DNA of 64,000 nt. Origin: the human T2T-CHM13v2.0 reference genome, Homo sapiens. Numbering within the stretch: position 1 is the stretch's first letter; the number at the start of each line of letters is the position of its first letter. The stretch lies in assembly GCF_009914755.1 (NCBI RefSeq), contig NC_060934.1. One strand, given 5' to 3'. Below, in pieces: positions 1 through 14,941 of the stretch. Below the pieces are notes generated by a model. The model did not search any database and was not told the origin of the DNA. It saw only the letters and a list, made by a program, of their open reading frames with translations. Both the position numbers and the translations under genes were made by a program.

Positions 1-113
1 TGAATGTAATAAAAGTTTCACATATCACAAAAGATTCTTCTTTTTTTTAACTATATAAAAATACAAAAAACATTCTTAGCTCACAGTCTGAGAGCCATAG
101 TTTGCTGACCCCA
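1..113. mobile_element. hAT-Charlie MITE end (MER58-like)
   Basis: Ends in ccatagtttgctgacccc preceded by aaaacattcttagctc, resembling the MER58 terminus (recognised by eye). Confidence 0.55.
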
Positions 114-1949
114 TGCCAGCATTCAGAAAACCTTTGCCTCCACTCCACAATAGCCACAAGGCAGGCTTCTCAGGCCATAGACCTTGTCCCCAGAAGAATA
201 CCCTTTCCTCTCTAATATCTCATTTTCTCTCTTCAGCTACAAAATGAAAAAAAAAAATCTTTGCTAAGTGTCCCTACTGTGCTGAATCTTGCAAGGAAAA
301 TAGACTACCCCTTTGGCATTTTCAACCCTGGTAAGGGGCAAAGAACAAACCGATGGAAAGTTGATGGCCAGAGCCTGCAGAATCACGCTGGCTCCCACCC
401 TCCACACACATCCATCAGAACCTGGCTGCCTCCTCACTAGGGCATCTGCACACTCTGTTGTTTTCTTCCCAGTGCTGCAAGATTCTCTCCCCAATCTAGA
501 TCCCATGGCAACTGCTTGAAGCTAACCTTTCAAGCAACGGGCTCCATTAAAGTTAGAAAAGTATAAATTGATCAATAGAGGGAAACACAGCCTGATAAAG
601 CCCCTTTTGTGAGATTTTTATTATGGCTTTTTTTATCAGAACCGTGTTAATGGATGAGTTCTGAAATAAATTAACATTCCTATCCTAATGCAAATTTAAA
701 AAGGGATATCAGCAAGGCATTTTGTGACACATAAAGATATGCATTCTACATTTTTCCTGGACAGTTACTTGGCAATATATATCAAGATTTTTAACCTCAC
801 CCTTTTTTTTGACCAGGTAATTGACCTTCCAAGAATGTGCCCTAAGGAAATAATCATACATATAACACAAAAATTTATGAACAAGATGTTCACCACAGCC
901 TGTGTGCCTCAGGCTAAAATCTTGAAACCAACTGATTGGCATAGTTGGGCCCATGTTTTTTCTCCCTTGGCCTATCTCTGGTCCAAACAGCTATGACTGA
1001 AAGGGTTAGGAGAGGAGAAGCGTCTTACGGTAATCAGGGTGGTCCCTTTCGGGGACTGTGAATAGAGTGATAACACTTTTCACACAATAATACTTAATGG
1101 CACAGGAAAACAGTCACAGTATAATGGCAGATGTGAAGAGCAAGCTATAAACTGTACATATGATAGATCTTAACTTTGAAAATACAGTTATTCATAAAGA
1201 AATGGATATTTACCAAAATGACTTATTCAGTAACTAAGTTGTATGTGAACATGTAATCAAAATCTATTTGTAAAGAAACTCTCAGAGTTATTTCTCTCCT
1301 CTTACAAATGTTTCATACGTGCCCCTTCTGCCACATGTCACTCATCAGTTCTGTGGTCTATTCATCCCAGCATATTGCCACCACCAGTGACAGCCAGGAT
1401 TTGTTCTTTGTTTCCTTAAGTCTACAAAGAAAAGGCAGTACAAACATAAAGTTTTTGATGTATATCTACAAGTAGAAGTTGTACAGTACAATGAATTTTG
1501 TAATGTGTTCAATTATTTTTTAAGTAACCTGTAGATATATAACACAAAGTTACATATACACCTTTGCACACACACACATATACATACACACGGACAAAAA
1601 CACTAGAAGGAGAAACACCAAAATGCAAATGGTTATTATCCCTGGGTGATGAGATTAAAGATTACCATTGTATTTTGTTTCCTTCTTCCGATTTTTCTGT
1701 ATTTTGTTGATTGGTTGCATCTACAAATTAGTGTGCATTTATTATAATAATAAACAGTAAACTTTTAAAAAAGATACAAGTATTAGTATTTTTTTACAAA
1801 AAAATACGTAATAATCTTGACCATACCAGGCCCCAAGCCACCACCCATCCCCACATCTCCACCCTGCCTTTTCTCTGCTTTTATCTTTAGAAGGTAGAGC
1901 CTCATTGTTGGAGGAAGATGCAAAGCCATACTGTCTGGCCCTGCTACGT

Positions 1950-2375
1950 ACTCTGTGCTGATATCTTCTACTTGATTCCCCAGTTCCACTCTCCCCTCCA
2001 CTCCACTCTGTGGCCCTGTAGACTGATCTGTAGAGGTCTGTGTTAACCAGGCTCCTCAGCCCTCTGGCATCAGTTGGATTTGGCCAAGGTGTGGTGTGTA
2101 TCAGCAGGGTCTCTGGAAAGCCATAGCTTCACAGCTCCTGTCAGGCAGCTTTCTCTGTACTTCTCATTCCTTAAGCCCTTGTAATTGGTTTTTCCCCTTT
2201 CCCCTTTAGGCTGGTAAAGGCTCCCTATTCTCTCATTGCTTCAGGATTCTGCACCATCCCTTGTCACATTCCCTAAGCCCTGTCCACACCACTGAAATCA
2301 ACCTTTTATTAAACTCTCTTTAATTACCCAGCTTGAGTGGGCCATCTCTTTCCTGCTGAGTCACGGACAGATAGA
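1950..2375 (+). mobile_element. ERVL LTR (LTR33-like)
   Basis: 3' portion ttttattaaactctctttaattacccagcttgagtgggccatctctttcctgc resembles the LTR33 end. Confidence 0.5.
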
Positions 2376-2479
2376 TACTCACATTGCTGTACACATCTTG
2401 GCCCTTAGTACTCACTACCTGCTTACATTAATCCTACTGACTCTCCAGGGCTCTCCCACAATAATGTCCTTACCACAAG

Positions 2480-3320
2480 CATAGCTGACTCCTGCGATTC
2501 CTCAGGCCTCATCAGACTTAATTTCCCCCTAGACATCTATCCTTGGGATCAGAATGAGAGCTCTCACAGGTTCCATATTGTCTCTTTCCGAGTGCTGTCC
2601 CAATATAGGCCCACTGACCAGACTGCAGTGATACCCCAGATATTCCACCACTGTTCCTTTTTCCTTTCCATTGTATAAGACATTGTTCACTTTTGTTCTT
2701 AATCCCCAAATCCAAGCTTTGGCAACAGTCAACTCCCGGATTGAAGAAAATTCCCTCAACCCCAACTAATGTGTCCAGCTCATAAGCAGTTTCATCTTGT
2801 GTTCCTAGTTTCTCCATTTAGTTCAGAGGTTGTGATACCTCTTCTTGTCATCGTCTCTATGAAGGTTCTGGCCTAAATCCTAAAGGGGTTGGGATGTGGC
2901 AGGAAGTAGGAGAGGAATCAGGGATAATCCCAGCCATGTATGCTGGTATATGACACGTGAATTGTTCATGACACTCACTGAAAGAAATAGCACTTTTGCT
3001 CACTTTTTCTAAATGAATGAAATCTGACTCTAAGTCTACATATCCTGAGGCTAGAGGTGTCTGTTATAAGTGAGTGGTGGTAGCTCCCATTTAGCAGGCT
3101 CATATAACAACCCTTAAGCTCATAAAGCACCTGGAAAACGGTGGCAGTACTTGGATCTAATTCCAGGTAGTTGCTATTATTATCATTGGTCTTTCTACAG
3201 TGTGATGCCTCTGTCCAGTGCTGATTCTCCAATGTCTGTCTGGCACAAGGCACTCCTCTGGGTGGGCTGGCTTCATGTTCTTTTATGGGGAACTTCACCA
3301 ATCGCAGGTTCTACTATGGG
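2480..3320 (-). mobile_element. Degenerate ERVL-type internal (gag/pro) remnant
   Basis: Minus-strand fragments (...QWAYIGTALGK..., ...PVRALILIP...) weakly resemble the ERVL protease region; heavily disrupted. Confidence 0.3.
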
Positions 3321-3324
3321 GGAC

Positions 3325-4115
<791 letters not shown>

Positions 4116-4229
4116 AGAGAGGAGGGGGGATATAAAATATCTCTTAATTTTTCATGATAAACTTCTAGCCAACAAAGAAAGATGCTGTTAATTTCTTAAT
4201 CAAATTATTTTCCAAGTTATAATTTTATC

Positions 4230-5450
4230 ATAAGCTGTATTATGTAAGAGTATACATAATGTATAATTTAAAAAGAATAATAATTTTAAAATTAAACTAA
4301 CCTACCTTAAGAAATATAACATTCCCAATACCTTGAAAGTTACCTAGATGCTTCACAATCAATGCCCCTCTCTCCAGTCCTCTCTAGTGGTAACCACGAC
4401 CCTATATTTCATGCTTGTTATTCCCTTGTGTTCTTGTTTTTATGACCACAGCTCACTGCTGTGGTCATAAAACCTCAGTCTCCTGGCCTCAAGCAATCCT
4501 CCCACCTCAGCCTCCCAGGTAGGTGGGACTACAGGTATGCACCACCACACCTGGATAATTTTTGTATTTTTTGTAGAGACGGGGTTTCACCATGTTGCTC
4601 AGGCTGCTTCCAAACTCCTGAGCTCGAGGGATCCGCCCACCTTGGCCTTCCAAAGTGCTGGGACTAGAGGAACGAGCCACCGTGCCCAGCGCTTGTGTTC
4701 TCCAGGGTTTTACCACAGGAGTTGGTATGCCTAACTATGTATTACTTAGTTTTGCCTGTTTGTTGAACTTCACATAAAATAAATCATTCAGTGGTTTGAT
4801 TTCATCACTCAGTATTGCTTTTTAGATTCATTCATATTAATGTGTATAGCTGTAGCTTTTTCATTTTTATGGAGTTTTCCATTGTGTGAATATACATTAA
4901 TTTATACATTTTACTGCTATTGGATTTTAAGTTTTTCCAATTTATTAAAAAATATTATGAGCAATGCTGCCATGGACTATTTTTTAACATCTTCTCAGGT
5001 ATGCATACACAAGAGTTCATCTAGGGTATATTCCTACTCCTAAAATAATTCCTGGGTCATAGTGTACACAATGTTCAGCTTTACTAGATAATACCAAACT
5101 ATTTTCCAATTTACCCTCTTTCTCGTATTGTATGAAAAGTCTCATTGCTCCATATCTGGGCCAACATGTGACATCATTGAGCTAATTTTTTCCAATTTGG
5201 TGATCATTAATTATTATCTCATTATGGCTTTAATGGGCATTTTACTCATTAATGGAGTTGCTAATATTTTCTTAAGCTTATTAATCCTTTCTGTTTATTC
5301 TTATGTGAAATGTCTGTGCATATGTTTTGCTCAACTCTGCTGAGTTTTTATTTTTAACAATTCTTTACATAATCAGGAATCTGTCCTTTGTTAGTTATAT
5401 GTATTGAAAATAGCTTCTCTCCCAGTTAATGGCTCATCTTTTTAGACTTG
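4230..5450 (-). mobile_element. Old L1M (L1ME-like) 3' fragment
   Basis: Degenerate antisense L1 3' sequence, AT-rich, interrupted by an Alu. Confidence 0.5.
4435..4691 (-). mobile_element. AluJ-like element lacking its 3'-terminal ~45 bp, with a fold-back insertion
   Basis: Alu body 4442-4690; TSD cttgtgttct at 4425-4434 and 4692-4701. Confidence 0.8.
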
Positions 5451-7537
5451 TTAAATTCTTTCCCTAAATCACCCTGCTATACCTCTAATTATATTGAGAA
5501 TGACCCCACTTCTCCAAACCCAATCTCTTGTCTTGGAACCAAGTTTGTACACCTCAACTCCCTTTCTTGGGAAAAATTCCTCTCCATCAGGCTAGAGACA
5601 CTTATTCAAATAGACTCCCAGTAAGTTCACTCATTCTGCAACATGCCCAGAAAGTTATGAATCCTTGTTTCTTGGAAAAGGCCCTTAGTTCTCCAAGTTG
5701 TGCCACCATGAATGGGCCAAACAAGCCACGAATGGAGTGAGTGAATGGAAAAGGCCTTCCAGTGCCACAATTGGAGTGATGAGGAGACCAACAACCTGCA
5801 GAGAGCTGGAAGGATGAAGTATGGGTTTGGTACATACACTGGAAAACCACCTCTCTCTCCCACTCTTCAGTCTCCATTGTTTTTGTTGTTTTTCTCTGTC
5901 TCTTTATTAGGGTAGTCCTGTTTCTTCTTCATGGCAAACCCCCAGCAGCCTGGCATAAGGCATTTTTCCATCACATTGACAAATAACCAAGTGTCCAACC
6001 AAAATCTTGGTGGGAACTATTGAGCAGGTTTTGACATGCCTGCTGTCACACAGCCTGAAGGTCTGCCTTCACTTAGACCTTTTCAAAGTATTGCTTTTAG
6101 GAAAGTACCTGTCTGTAATCTTGTTTTGTTTATTTTCTCCTTCATGTTCAACAGAAGGAACATTATACTCTATCTCCTTCTGAACCTTCCCAAGCAGACC
6201 TTCAGGGTCACCTTGGAGTATTCTTAGGTTTTTCTCCTCTACCTCTAAAAGCTCACCAACTCTCCATGAACCCACAATATTTTTTAGAAAACAATATGGG
6301 GAGTGCCATCTAGGTGGGAGAGGCAGTATAGCCACTGCAGAGTATGCAGAGGATTAAAAGAGCTTTCTAGCTTGTCAGTACATAAAGACATCTGGAGTGA
6401 GAAAGTTAAATAACCAAGTTTAGAAACAGTTTAAGCAGGTTCTCAGGGCAGCCACTAGACCCTCATCACCAGGGTTCTGTTCACACAGCGCCTGACTCAT
6501 AGTGGTCGCTCCATGAATGTTGGTTCAGTAACAGACACAAGGCAGCCTCCCTCGGTGCCCCCACAGCCAGCCCCTCTGGGGTCCCACCCTCTGCCTGGAG
6601 CTCTGCCTCACCAACTAAAGCCCTGTTCCATATTCAGGAATTGCTTCCTCTCACCTGCTTTGGCTTCATGCTTCCCTACGTACGCCACTTGGCATCATCC
6701 TCTCAATTTAAACATTTAGGCTTTCACAAAAGTAAGGAAAAGTGTGTGACCTCAAGAAGCTTCTGAGGTGTAGCCCTGCAAACACACTAGAGGCTGGGAC
6801 CATCAAGGAAGGCCTAGCAGGAACAAACACATGTCCAGAGCTCCCTAATTACCCTGCCACACCAGTCTGGAGAAAGCTTTTGCCTTGCTAGTCTGAAATC
6901 TCACTGGTGGCAGAATTGGGTGGAAGGGAGGTTGAAGGTAAGGGCAGGCTGTTGGCAGTAAGACAGCAGCTCTATCTTGAGGCTAGGACTGGTGAGATTC
7001 ACCTGGGACTGCAGAGCCCTGATCATCTGTACCATTCATTAAGCTTTGAATCACATGTTGGCTTGTGGCAAATTCTGATATTGTTGTCTTATGTCTCTAT
7101 TTAGTTCTTGGATTCTCATTTCCCTTATTACAGTTACATATCCTGCCTTACCAACTACACTCAAGTTCTCTTATAAGAGCAGGGCCCTAGGGATATGCCT
7201 CTTTATATAATACATAGAACTCTACAAGTGCTTGAAAAATACCAAACAAATGAAATCATGACCTTTTAAACTATAGACAAACCCCCTCTCTTTCTGAAGT
7301 AACATTCTAATTATTTTAGTCTTTCTTCTCTTATAGGTGGTTCCTCCAACCCTGAATAGTTATAGTTACTTTTCTCCAAATCATTGTCCTATGTGTAAAG
7401 ACAGACATGTCAACTATAGAAGAGACGTTTTTAGAGGAGCAGATTTTTTTTCTTATGAAATTCCTTGTATTTAGTTTCTAATACTAGTCTGATGAGACTG
7501 AACATTTTCTTGGCTATCTTAAGTGAAGCAATGTACA

Positions 7538-9187
7538 CAGTGTTTAAAGTGTGGTACACAACACTTCAGGTCCCTGAGACCCTCTCAGATGATCACTAAA
7601 GTACAAAGTATTTTCATAATGATACTAAGAAATCATTTGTATTTGTTGCTGTGCTGGATTAATACAGATGGTGCAAAAGCAATGGTGGATAAAACTGCTG
7701 GTGCCTTAGCACTAGTCCTCATTGTATTTACCACCATACACTCAGAGTTTTTTCAAAAAAATCTAATTTCATTTAAGATGTCCTTGATTAAGCAGTACAA
7801 ATAATTAATTTTATTAAGTTTTGACCTTGAGAACATGTCTTTTCAATATCCTGGGTGACAAAATGAGAACGACTCATAAATCACTTCTGCATCATTAGAA
7901 ATATGAATGTTGTCTTGAGAAAACGCACTCGTGCAATTGAATTGTGAGCTACACTGGTTGTTTTTCTTTATGGAACACAAGTTTTACTTGAAAGAAAAAC
8001 AAAATATGACTATAGGAGCTGGCACACATTTTTTCCAGAATGAAGGAAGTGAGCCTATCACTTCGAAAAAAATAAAACTGAAGGAATTTGTTGGCAATGA
8101 CAAAATTCTAGTTTTCAAGCAAAAATTAGAGTTTTGGAAAACTTGTATTCTTCACTGACAACTGAACAGCTTCTGAATATCTAAAGACTTTCCTGATGAG
8201 ATCCACGGTAGTAACAAATGCATTTTTTTGATATTGTAGAATGAAACATATTAACATTTGCAACACCTATAGAACTCAGTAATCAATAATTTCCAAATGA
8301 ATAATTCACTATGTTACAAAAATTATGTACACATTTAAATATTTTTAAAAACATTCAAAATGAAAGATAAACCAATAAATTTTAGTATAACAGAACATGA
8401 AAAGTTAATTGATATGATTACAGATTCTACACTGCAACTAAAAAACTACCACTTGTTGAGTTTTGGTGTATATCAAAGAAGAATATCCACAATTATCTCA
8501 AAAGGCTATGAAAATAAACTCCTTTTCCAACTACACATTTCTATGAGGCCAGATTTTCTTCATATACTTCATTTAAAACAGCATCGCAACAGCTTGAATG
8601 TAGAAGCAAATGTATTCATCCAATTCTTACATACATTAAAGAAATCTACAAAAATACAACTCATGTCATACACTAAAGAGACTTACAAAAATAAACAATA
8701 CAGGGCCTGGCGCAGTGGCTCATGCCTGTAATCCCAGCACTTTGGGAGGCTGAGGTGGGCAGATCGCTTGAGCTCAGGCATTCAAGACCAGCCTGGGCAA
8801 CATGGCAAGACTCCGTCTCCATAAAGAATAAAAAATTAGCAGGGAGTGGTGCACTCCTACAGTCCCAGCTATCCCAGCTACTTGGGAGGCTGAGCTGACA
8901 GGATTGCTTGAACCCAGGAGGTCGAGGCTGCAGTGAGGCAAAATTGCGTCACTAAATTCTAAGCTGGGTGACAGAGTGAAACCCTATCTCACAAGATAAA
9001 AACAAAAAACAATACCATTCTTCTCACTATTTTTTCATTTGAAAAATATAGTTAATTAAAATTGTTTTATTTACATTAACAGGTAATGGGTTTATTGTGA
9101 TTCTTGAATAAACTAATAAATAACTCTTTGGAGTCCTCAATAAATGTTAATGTTTTGGTTCTGGGACCAAAAAGTTTGAGAACTACT
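7538..9187. mobile_element. hAT DNA transposon relic (Charlie1a-like)
   Basis: Terminus cagtgtttaaagtgtggt...ggtccctgagaccct; other end gggaccaaaaagtttgagaactact; degenerate transposase-like internal sequence. Confidence 0.7.
8704..9008 (+). mobile_element. AluJ inserted in the Charlie element
   Basis: Dimeric Alu with J-type motifs (ttgagctcagg, aggtcgaggctgcagtga); flanking aaacaatac repeat. Confidence 0.88.
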
Positions 9188-12019
9188 TATCCAGGGGACT
9201 TTAATTTGTAGGTTTCCTTCTTTGATCAGACTAACAGGGAGGGAGTAACATCTTTAAAGCACAAGCCCAACATCCTTAAAGAATAAACCAGATTATTTGG
9301 CCCATGTGCATATCTAACCCTTGCTTACCCTGAGGCTCCTGTGGTGTGCTTACACCAGGTTACAAGGGCTCAACTGAAGAACATCCTAGGTTTCATTTTC
9401 ACAGAGTAACTGTTATTTGAAAACTTGGAGGTTTTGCCTTTCCAGGTCATTCATAAAGAAATTGAGTAGGATTGCCATCTGTATTTATCACCCCTAAAAG
9501 GCATCCATTTATTTAGCTTTACATGTTTCCTGTCTCAAAGACAACTATCTGCCCTTGACTAAACATTGTCCTCAGTTTCACAAAATCTCAACATGTCTAT
9601 AGTGTGTGAATCTAGACAAAGGCTGATAATAGACCAAATCTACCACATCCACAGTTTCCCTTCAATATAAGTAGATGTAACCCCTTGAGGATTCCTAAGG
9701 GATTTTTCAAACATGATTTCTCCTTACGGAAAAACTTCCCCCAAGTAGTTTATGCTTAATTTAGTAGTCCTTGATCTCACAGCTCAAGTGACTTATTCCA
9801 TAGGGTCCTAGTCACTCACAGCTGGTTCATATTAAAAATGGTATTCTTTGTTCTATGTGATTCTTTAATTTCTGCCTAATTGCTAATATGAACTTGATCT
9901 GACGGAAGTTATATGCTTTTCTGTTCTTTCGTTTGTAGAATCTTCCCCTTCTCCCATGAAACCCTTTTATTTTACCTCCAGTGATTTCCTTTAGTGAACA
10001 AAATGTGATTTTTTTCCTCCAACATCTAATTTGTAAAATTGGTGACATTCATTTCTCACAAAAGTATTTTTAAAGTCTTCAGATTCTCTTTGTATTATTT
10101 TAAAAATGTAACTACAGGTATTTATTTCAATCTAGCACTTTAGCTTCATTTCCTTTTAAAACTTAAGCATCTTAATGGGATTTAAAAAAAAAACTCCCCC
10201 CTCCCTTGCCAGATTCTGAATTCAATCATTTTGTCATTGTTATGTAACAGTTCACCCACAGCCACTTTCTGTAGCTATTCCTGATCATCACTCAGGATAA
10301 AATGCAATATATTTCTTTCCTTGAGGATTTAAAGGCTAGCTTTTCTAAGAAAGAATTAGTATTATCCCAAACTTTTTATTTCTGTATGTGGTCCTGATTC
10401 AGGAATTGCTACAATTTGTTTAAATCCTTCTTTGGGGGTAAGTTCCTGGCTCTTATCACTTGGTCTAATTTTGTAGCTTCCCTCCTTATTGTAACATATC
10501 AGTGCAGGCTCATTGCTGAATTCAATAAACCTGTGTCAAGCACATACTGGAATAAATGCTATAGGAAACACAAATATAGAAGACAATATAAAAGACTGAA
10601 CATGCCTCGGCCTTTAACCTTCAGGCATTCAGTCTAATGGGAGAAATAGAGGCGATATGAGCAACTCCAATTGGCACATACCCAGTGCTTTGGGGAGCAC
10701 AGGGGAGGGTGCAGGAGCTCCTCTTACCGTGGCTGCATTACTGAAGGTGACTGCTTGTGCCTTGAGGTTCTCTATCACTCTCCGTCTAGTCCTTGTTTCC
10801 CTGAGCTACACCAGTCTTGGCATCCATGAGGCGTGGGTAAAAAGTGCAAAGACACTTGCATCTATCCATCTCAAAAGGTTATATTGGCGCCCTAAACTTC
10901 CCAGCGTATCCTCTTCCTGTGAGCACTTTGATTGTTGTTGTCTGCACTGCCTCCTCTACCCGTGGCTGGATCCCACTGCACACTCTCGCTGTGGCCATGC
11001 CTGCCAGAGCCTGTGGTGCTGGGCTCTGCTGCCCTTGCTGCCATCACTGAAGAAGTTCCAGAAGCTGGGACAATATTTTCATCCAGTTTTTGAGGTCTGG
11101 GACAGCCGTTGATTACAGTTATTTTTATGCTCTTAGGATGCCCTGCCTCTCTTGCTTAGCCTACTTTGTAGAAGAACTTGAAACGAGCTCTGGAGTGTGG
11201 GGATGGAGTGGGAGAGCCAGCTTAAGAGTCGCCAACCACATCCATGTGTTGAGCACTCAGAAATATATTTTTTCTCACGGTAAATTATCTGCCTTCCTGG
11301 AGCCATACTGATCCGAGGTTGTGAACCTTTTTATGTCCTCTCGGTTGAGCTGTGTGACGCAGGGGTCCCAGGATCTGATCATCAGCTTCAGAGGCCTTCA
11401 CCATGTATCCCAGGTCCCCATGCTAATAGGTGTCTTGAGGGATGCCTGACTATCCCAGCGTTTCTGAGGCAGGCATTCCTATTAGGTCCGCACCCCATCC
11501 TCTCTGTACTTTTCTAGTAAGATTTTTCAATTATCAGGACTTTAGTTAGTAATAATGTGTCAATCCCGGTTCATCAATTGCGGCAAATTTGCCATATGGA
11601 TGAAAGATGTTAATAGGGACTACTAGGTATGGGGTGTATGAGAATTCTGTGTACCAGCTTCTCAATATTTCTGTAAATCTAAAACAGAGTTTATTTTTAA
11701 AATTACCAAAAAAGTAATACATGTTATTTTTCAAAATTCAAATTGTACTCAAATTATATATAAAGTAAAAGCGAAAAAAAAGGTCCCATCACATCCTCCC
11801 ACTAATCTTACTCCTCGGAGTTTTAGAGATAGCTACTATTTCAAATTTGGTGTCTTTTTTTTTTTTTCTATTTTCACACGCATGCACACACACATGCACA
11901 TATATATTCACGTATTTTTTTAACAAAATGATATATGCATATTGTTTTAAAACTTCTCTTTTTCCAATAACAATATGTTACTCTCTTACCATGTCAATTC
12001 ATATCATTCTACTTCTTGT

Positions 12020-12250
12020 TTTTTTGTGTTTTTTTTGAGACGAAGTCTGGCTCTGTCGCCCAGGCTGGAGTGCAGTGGCAGGATCTCGGCTCACTGCTAC
12101 CTTGCCCGGCTAATTTTTCTAGTTTTAGTGAAGACAGGATTTCACCATGTTGGCCAGGCTGGTCTCAAAATCCTGACCTCAGGTGATCCACCCACCTCGG
12201 CCTCTCAAAGTGCTAGGAACACAGGTGTGAGCCACCAAGTCCGTGCCCGA
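12020..12250 (-). mobile_element. AluS with an internal deletion in the right arm
   Basis: Sequence jumps from ctcggctcactgctacct directly to tgcccggctaattt. Confidence 0.8.
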
Positions 12251-12267
12251 TTTATGGAATTTCATAG

Positions 12268-12655
<388 letters not shown>

Positions 12656-12948
12656 TACAATGAATATCTTGTATGACCAATTATGTATATACATATGTTT
12701 ATTTAAAATATCTATTTAAAATAGATAATTCCAAAATCACAAGATTTTAAGATTCTTACCAATCATGCTGCTCCTCACATACAATATGTCAACCCCTTCT
12801 ATATGTCGGCTCCCATCCTTCATCAAGAGTTTTTCATAGCCTGGTAGTTCTCTGTTCCTTTGTTTGCCCAAAATCTGAACTACGCGTCATCATTTTATCC
12901 CTAATTCCTAGCACAATGCCTGGCACTTAATAGGAACCCAATAAGCAT

Positions 12949-13131
12949 AAAGGAAGGGAAGAAGGAAGGAAGGAAGGAAGGAAGGAAGGAAGGAAGGAAG
13001 GAAGGAAGGAAGGAAGGAAGGGAAGGGAGGGGAGGGGAGGGGAGGGGAGGGGAGGGGAGGGGAGGGGAGGGGAGGGGAGGGGAGGAGAGGGAAGGGAAGG
13101 GAAGGGAAGGGAAGGGAAGGGAAGGGAAGAG
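12949..13131 (+). repeat. Compound polypurine microsatellite (GGAA)n-(GGGGA)n-(GGGAA)n
   Basis: Read directly; about 14 consecutive GGAA at 12964-13019; follows an L2-like 3' end. Confidence 0.95.
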
Positions 13132-13361
13132 AATGGGAGAGGGAGGGAAGCAGGTTCTTCCACGCAGTCGTTGTTTTATTAACTGCGATTTGTATGTCTT
13201 TAATGTGACTTTTCTACCACTCTCCATGAATGTAGGCTGCTTAAAGGGATCTTAGTTTGGTCTAGGAGCCAGGCTATGAAGGGATGGAAAGCATTGTAAG
13301 AAATTTTTGTCCTTGTCCTTAGAAGGCCTAGAACTATCTCAGGATCAAGGAAGAGTCAAGA

Positions 13362-13845
13362 TGTGGTAATTTATTTGCAAAAAGGACCACCATAATTCCC
13401 ATTCTTTGTGTTATCTTCTCTGGTGTCTTTGGGCTTGGACATGTAACTTGCTTCGGCCAATGGGACACTAGCAAATGTGACACAAGCAGAGTCTTGAGAA
13501 GTTTACATATTTTGGCTTGATTTTTCTAGCTGATCTTGGGAACCCTGGACCACCATGTGAAAAAGCTAAACTTTGGGCTAGCCTATTGGAGGGTTAGAGA
13601 CCAAATGGAATAGAGATAAGCTTCTCAACCAAGGCCTCCTAAATCAATCATCCAGCCAAGCACCAGACATATTAGTGCCATTACGTGAGGTCATCTGGAC
13701 CCCAGCCAAGCTGCCACTTGACTGAGCTCAGACCAGGTAAACCACCCACAGCTGGCAGAAAATTATATGAAATAATATATGTTTATGTTTCAAGCCACTA
13801 AGTTTTGAAGTGTTTTTTTTATGCAGCAAAAGCTAACTGTACACA
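13362..13845 (+). mobile_element. MaLR LTR (MLT1F/G/H-like)
   Basis: Starts tgtggtaattt; ends tttcaagccactaagttttg...gcagcaaaagctaactgtaca. Confidence 0.65.
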
Positions 13846-13849
13846 AGAA

Positions 13850-14660
13850 TTTTCTGGAAAAAATGGCATGAGACACAATAATTTTAGATTAACTTTATAT
13901 GTTGACAAAAATGCAAAAACACAAACATACATAAACATTAGCAAACTGAATCCAAAAATACACACACGCATACACACACACACACACACGGCATCATGAA
14001 CAACTTGGGTTATCTTACAAACACATGATTTGAGACCAGCCTGGACAACATGGCTAAACCCCCTTTTTACAAAAAATAAAAAAATTGGGCTAGTAGCATA
14101 TGGTCCCAACTACTCAGGAGGCTGAGGCAGGAGGAGGAATACAGATTTGTCACATAAATCATTCTATTAACAGCAAAATGGAAAAATGTTTCTAATTCTC
14201 TTAATAGATACAGAAAAATTATTCAATGAAATTCAAAAGCAATTTCTAATACAACTATTAGCAAATAGGAACAGAAGGAAACTTTGATGTTATAATGATT
14301 ATCTTCCCAAAAACTCACATCAAATATCAGAGTTAATGGTAAAACTTAGAACTTTCCCTTTGAGTAATAAGATTAGGATATTTGTTATCACTGCTTCTAT
14401 TCAATAGTATTCTGGAAGTCCTAGTCAGAGCAATAAGATCAAAAAAAGATATAAAAAATTTGACAGAAAGAAAACTTGTCATTCACAGACAATATGATTA
14501 CATAATATAGAAAAATCCCAGAGCATCTAAAATCATTAAAAGTTTAAAAGATGTAAATGTGTTGGCAGGATACAAAACCAGCATATAGAAATCAATGGGA
14601 TCTTCTTGAATAACAACAGTAACTAATTAGAAAAAAAAAAAGGTTTTTTGAATATTAATT
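13850..14660 (+). mobile_element. Old L1 ORF2 fragment with an embedded Alu fragment (~14030-14135)
   Basis: Degenerate RT-region DNA such as cttctattcaatagtattctggaagtcctagtcagagcaataag. Confidence 0.6.
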
Positions 14661-14830
14661 ATCACAAAGCCCGGTCTACCTCAGCACCCTTCCCGTGTGA
14701 TCCAGATGGACTAGCTGCATATTTCTACGTTCAATGAAGGCGGGAATGATATCTGTGTTGTTCACCACTGTGACTCTAACGCCTGGCACGTAGAGGATAT
14801 TCAATACATATTTTTGACCAACAAAGCTGA

Positions 14831-14941
14831 TAGGGTGACCACTGTCCTGGATTTCCCTGGATGGAGGGCTTCCCAGGACATGGAAATTTCAGTGCTAAAA
14901 CCAGGACAGTCCTGAGCAAACTGGGACAGTTTGTCACCCTA
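14831..14941. mobile_element. hAT-Blackjack MITE (MER81-like)
   Basis: Terminal inverted repeats tagggtgac...gtcacccta, about 111 bp long. Confidence 0.75.

Noticed and set aside
540-720. Non-repetitive AT-rich stretch with paired GATA motifs, a possible enhancer
   Set aside because: Motif density is not distinguishable from chance without conservation or chromatin data.
10657-11112. 151-aa ORF in apparently unique sequence
   Set aside because: No recognisable homology, splice context or promoter; consistent with a chance ORF.
12901-13227. Pro/Ser/Phe-rich ORFs
   Set aside because: Translation of the purine microsatellite.
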